A stretch of 64,000 nucleotides of DNA from Candidatus Latescibacterota bacterium (lineage in GTDB: Bacteria; Latescibacterota; UBA2968; UBA8231), in assembly GCA_965243025.1 (NCBI GenBank), contig CBDETY010000003.1, positions 5,472,001-5,536,000 of the forward strand. The letters are read 5' to 3'. Below are positions 60,561 to 64,000 of the stretch, piece by piece; the first letter of the stretch is position 1; every line of letters starts with the position of its first letter. Under the pieces are notes generated by a model. The model searched no databases and was not told the DNA's origin. It saw only the letters and a program-made list of their open reading frames with translations. The position numbers were made by a program, and so were the translations under genes.

Positions 60561-61325
60561 ATGGCCGGCATGACGACAGAAGAGAGGTTCCAGTTCGACC
60601 TGCAGGGATACCTGGTAGTCCGGGGGGTGCTGACCCCCGGGGAAGTCGCCGGGCTCAACGAGCTGGCCGACGAGGCCTGGCCCGGGGAACACGACGAGAC
60701 CGGCCTGCGCCGCGCCTCCCATGTCTCGCGGTGGGGCCCGCAGTTCCGCGACCTGATCGACCACCCCGGCATCGTTCCCTACCTGGTCGAGCTGATGGGG
60801 CCGAAGTTCCGCATCGACCACGACTACTGCATGTTCATGCGCCGCGGCACCTCGCGCAGCCGGCTGCACGGGGGGCCGTCGCCGCAGTGCTACGAGGGCG
60901 ACCACTGGTACCGCTTCTATCCCGACGGCACGATCCGCAACGGCCTGACGGTCTTCACCTGGAACCTGGCCGACTGCAACCCCGGGGACGGCGGTTTCGC
61001 CTGCGTTCCGGGCAGCCACAAGACCAACCTGCGGGCGGCCATGCCGGAAGAGGTGCTCGGCTTCGAGCGCCCCGCCCATTACGTCAGGCAGCCGGAGGTC
61101 AGGGCGGGGGACGTCGTAATCTTCACCGAGGCGCTGGTGCACGGCACCCTTCCCTGGGACGCCGACCACGAGCGCCGGGCCCTGCTCTACAAGTACAGCC
61201 CCGGGCATTCCTCCTGGAGCGGCACCTACTACGACCCCGCTGATTATCCGGGCGCCACCGAGCAGCAGATCCGCATCATGGCGCCCCCTTCGGTCGGCCA
61301 GCGGCCCGACTCGGTGCAGGCGTAG
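60561..61325 (+). CDS. PhyH family oxygenase with HxG in place of HxD
   Basis: FDLQGY, RLHGG, GGFACVPGSHK, LVHGT; AAGGAG RBS. Confidence 0.9.
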   Translation: MAGMTTEERFQFDLQGYLVVRGVLTPGEVAGLNELADEAWPGEHDETGLRRASHVSRWGPQFRDLIDHPGIVPYLVELMGPKFRIDHDYCMFMRRGTSRSRLHGGPSPQCYEGDHWYRFYPDGTIRNGLTVFTWNLADCNPGDGGFACVPGSHKTNLRAAMPEEVLGFERPAHYVRQPEVRAGDVVIFTEALVHGTLPWDADHERRALLYKYSPGHSSWSGTYYDPADYPGATEQQIRIMAPPSVGQRPDSVQA

Positions 61326-61341
61326 CGGCTCCCCAACTCCT

Positions 61342-62496
61342 TCAGGGCTCGATGGTGTAGCGGGCCACCGCGTCCTCGTCCAGATCGATACCCAACCCCG
61401 GACCCTCCGGGACCGCGGCGAACCCCCCTTCAACCGCCACCTGCGAGCTGGCCAGCTCCGTCATCATCGGGCTCGGCCTGTCGACGCGGACACCCCCCCA
61501 TTCCCGGCGGGTGATCGGGTACTCGCACAGGAACCCCTGCGGCATCGCCGCCACGAGGTGAATGCTGGCGGCGAAGTTGACCGCCGTGCCCCAGTTGTGC
61601 GGCACCACCGGGATGTTCGCCAGCCTCGCCATCTCGGCGATCCGCCGTCCCTCGGTCAGCCCACCCACCCAGGACAGGTCGGGCTGCAGCAGGTCGACAA
61701 CGCGCCGCTCGATCAGGTCCCGGAAGGCGAACGCCGTCAGGTCGGACTCCCCGGCGGCGATGCGGACGCTGGTGCGGGCGGTGAGGGCGGCCATGTTCTC
61801 CGCGTCGTCGGCGCTCGACAGCGGCTCCTCCCACCAGTAGATGCCGGCCCCCGAGTCCTCGATCATGCGCGCCGTCTGCACCGCCTCTGCGAGGCTCTCG
61901 GGACGGCCGAGGTCGAGCATGAGATCGACCTCCTCGCCGGCGATGGCGCGCAGCTCCCGCAGGATGGCGGCGTCGCGCGCCGGCTTGCGGCCGAAGTCCG
62001 GCCAGCCGTGGAACTTGAGCGCGCCGTACCCCTGGCTGACGTACTCCCTGGTATCGGAAAAAGCCTGGTCCGGGGCGTCGGGCTCGACCCAGATGCTGCT
62101 GACGTACACCTTGACCCGCTCCCGGAACCGGCCCCCCAGCAGGTCGCACAGGGGGATGTCCAGCGTGCGCGCCGCGGCGTCGTGGACGGCCATGTCGATG
62201 CCGCTGACCGCGTGGATCATCATCCCGCGGCGGTCGTAGAGGCGGCGGCAGGCGTCGTACATCCGCTCCCAGACGACGCTGGTCGCCAGCACTTCCTGAC
62301 CGACGGCCTCCTGCGCCAGCCGGCGGTCGATCAGCTCGCCCGCGGCGAAAACGCCGCCCCCGAAGCGGTCGGAGACGAAGCACTCCCCGAGGCCTTCGAT
62401 CCCCTCCTCGGTGCGCACCCGCACCAGCACCCAGCCTCCGTGAGGATACTCGTACGACTTCAGAACTCGAGCGGTGACTTCCGCAATCCTGGGCAT
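61342..62496 (-). CDS. Mandelate racemase/muconate lactonising enzyme family protein
   Basis: SGIDMAVHD, LMLD, WWEEP, AAGES, QPD, VVPHNW. Confidence 0.92.
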   Translation of the reverse strand: MPRIAEVTARVLKSYEYPHGGWVLVRVRTEEGIEGLGECFVSDRFGGGVFAAGELIDRRLAQEAVGQEVLATSVVWERMYDACRRLYDRRGMMIHAVSGIDMAVHDAAARTLDIPLCDLLGGRFRERVKVYVSSIWVEPDAPDQAFSDTREYVSQGYGALKFHGWPDFGRKPARDAAILRELRAIAGEEVDLMLDLGRPESLAEAVQTARMIEDSGAGIYWWEEPLSSADDAENMAALTARTSVRIAAGESDLTAFAFRDLIERRVVDLLQPDLSWVGGLTEGRRIAEMARLANIPVVPHNWGTAVNFAASIHLVAAMPQGFLCEYPITRREWGGVRVDRPSPMMTELASSQVAVEGGFAAVPEGPGLGIDLDEDAVARYTIEP

Positions 62497-62743
62497 GCGA
62501 TCCTCCGGTTTCTTTCGATTGACAGCGATCTGGCCTCCCGTCACCTTCACCGCTCCCCGGTCGTAGATACCCCGGCGAGGCGGTGACCGCGGTTCGGAAA
62601 GGCGGCCGGCCGGGGCGGGGAACCCTGCAGGAAGCGCGACGTTGAATCCTGAACGCTGTTCGCGCCTCCCAACAGATACCCAACGGGTCCGCGGACGCAA
62701 GGAAACGGGCCCGGACCAATAAAAACCGGCGTTTCAAGCAAAA

Positions 62744-63052
62744 ATGGAGGTTCAAGTGCCGGACAGAACCGTCAGTGATGAAGTCGGGTCGAAGCTGCTG
62801 TTCGAAAACGACCGCGTGCGGGTATGGGACCTGCGCATCGATCCGGGCGAGAGCACCGGCCTGCACCGCCACACCAGGGATTACCTGTATGTCGTGATCG
62901 GGGGCGGCAGCCTGAAAGGGCCCGGAGGCGACCCGAGGGAGATGGCCGACGGCGAGGTGGTCTTCCGGGAAATCCCCGGCGAGGAGATCCACGAGGCGTT
63001 CAACGCCGGCGACAGGCCCTGGCGGAACATCATCGTCGAGTTGAAGGACTGA
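62744..63052 (+). CDS. Small cupin-domain protein
   Basis: LLFENDRVRVWDLRIDPGESTGLHRH...HEAFNAGD. Confidence 0.88.
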   Translation: MEVQVPDRTVSDEVGSKLLFENDRVRVWDLRIDPGESTGLHRHTRDYLYVVIGGGSLKGPGGDPREMADGEVVFREIPGEEIHEAFNAGDRPWRNIIVELKD

Positions 63053-63253
63053 CCCCTTCGCGGGGCTTCCCCCCTCGCGCCGCACCGTTCCCCATATTCG
63101 CGATTCTCCCCGTCAATCCGGGGCGGGCCCCGGTGCGTTCCGGTCCGGCTCCCGGCTTCGAAAAACACCCCTTGGTCTCACTTGCAGTCCGGGTGGTCGA
63201 GGCAGTTTCCGGCATTCCCAGTCCATCATCCTCCCTAACCGGGAAAATTGAAA

Positions 63254-64000
63254 ATGTCCGTCGCAACCTGTCCCGGACGCCATCTGATGCCCTGCCTCCT
63301 CGCCGCCGCGATTTCCGCCGGTGCGCAGGAGATCGAGCGCGGCCACGCCCTCGGCATCCACTCCGAGGTCAAGTACGCCCCCGGCTTCCAGCACTTCGAC
63401 TACGTAAACCCGGAAGCCCCCAAAGGGGGTGAGCTGCGCCTCGCGGTCGTCGGCACCTTCGACAACCTCAACCCCTTCATCCTCAAGGGGATAGCCGCCC
63501 AGGGCACGCGCATGATCTACAGCCGCTTGTGCACCAAGTCGCTCGACGAGCCGCTCAGCGAGTACGGGCAGCTCGCCGAGATCGTCGAGTTCCCCGCCGA
63601 CCGCTCCTGGGTCACCTTTCACCTGCGGCCGGAGGCGCGCTGGCACGACGGGGTCCCGATCACCCCGGCGGACGTCATCTTCACTTTCCAGACGCTGATA
63701 ACCAAAGGCACGCCGTTCTACCGCAGCTTCTATGCCGACGTCGACGCGGTGGAACAGCTCGGCGACCGCGCGGTGCGGTTCCGCTTCAAACCGGGCACCG
63801 TCAACCGGGAGCTGCCCCTGATCCTCGGGCAGCTGCGCATCCTTCCGAAGCATTTCTGGCAGGAGAGGGATTTCGCCGGGACGACCCTCGAGCCGCCGCT
63901 CGGCAGCGGTCCGTACCGCATCGCCGCGGTCGACCCGGGCCGCTCGATCACCTACGAGCGCGTCGCTGGCAACTGGGACGAGGATCTCCCGGTTCAGCGC
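63254..64000 (+). CDS. ABC transporter extracellular solute-binding protein, YejA-like (runs off the window)
   Basis: Manual translation: GHALGIHSEVKYAPGFQHFDYVNPEAPKGGELRL..GTFDNLNPFILKG...ARWHDGVPITPADVIFTF...PPLGSGPYRI. Confidence 0.92.
   Translation, partial: MSVATCPGRHLMPCLLAAAISAGAQEIERGHALGIHSEVKYAPGFQHFDYVNPEAPKGGELRLAVVGTFDNLNPFILKGIAAQGTRMIYSRLCTKSLDEPLSEYGQLAEIVEFPADRSWVTFHLRPEARWHDGVPITPADVIFTFQTLITKGTPFYRSFYADVDAVEQLGDRAVRFRFKPGTVNRELPLILGQLRILPKHFWQERDFAGTTLEPPLGSGPYRIAAVDPGRSITYERVAGNWDEDLPVQR

Overview
GC-rich bacterial chromosome segment, probably from an FCB-group organism of the Latescibacterota/Poribacteria type. This is inferred from a 'QNAPNPFN' FlgD-Ig-type C-terminal domain, a 'TAVESVSWGRIKA' tail, many PhyH dioxygenases and an internalin-like LRR gene; no taxonomic marker is present. 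Bases 1-23.5 kb are a catabolic patchwork (SDR, PhyH dioxygenases, an enolase-superfamily dehydratase, four paralogous GHL10-like TIM barrels, a BNR/sialidase-like protein, GGT) with several gene remnants. Bases 24-37 kb hold a kinase-less propeller/Y_Y_Y protein, hemA-ccsA and a 1598-aa hybrid kinase with a sigma54 activator. Bases 37-52 kb are a co-oriented minus-strand envelope-stress-like cluster (YtrA-type GntR, ABC transporter, two TlpA proteins, CpxRA-like pair, B12 radical SAM, TonB receptor/DUF4249). The rest carries a second TonB receptor, VIT-vWA, LRR, more PhyH genes and a YejA-like binding protein. The two best candidates for undescribed systems are absent from the ORF track. (1) An ~300-nt stand-alone minus-strand transcript (26169-26465) has its own sigma70 promoter and terminator, 16 contiguous nt complementary to the canonical 16S rRNA 3' tail, a 12-codon ORF and switchable anti-SD repeats. 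(2) In a sigma54 circuit, a duplicated three-site enhancer, IHF-like box and -24/-12 promoter precede both the kinase operon and a lone 32-aa membrane peptide (36800-36898). Also seen: a ~450-bp direct duplication around the radical SAM gene, a GTAAC-N5-GTAAC regulon, a probable AUU-initiated repressor and an HxG (halogenase-like) dioxygenase. No rRNA, tRNA, CRISPR array or intact transposase was found.
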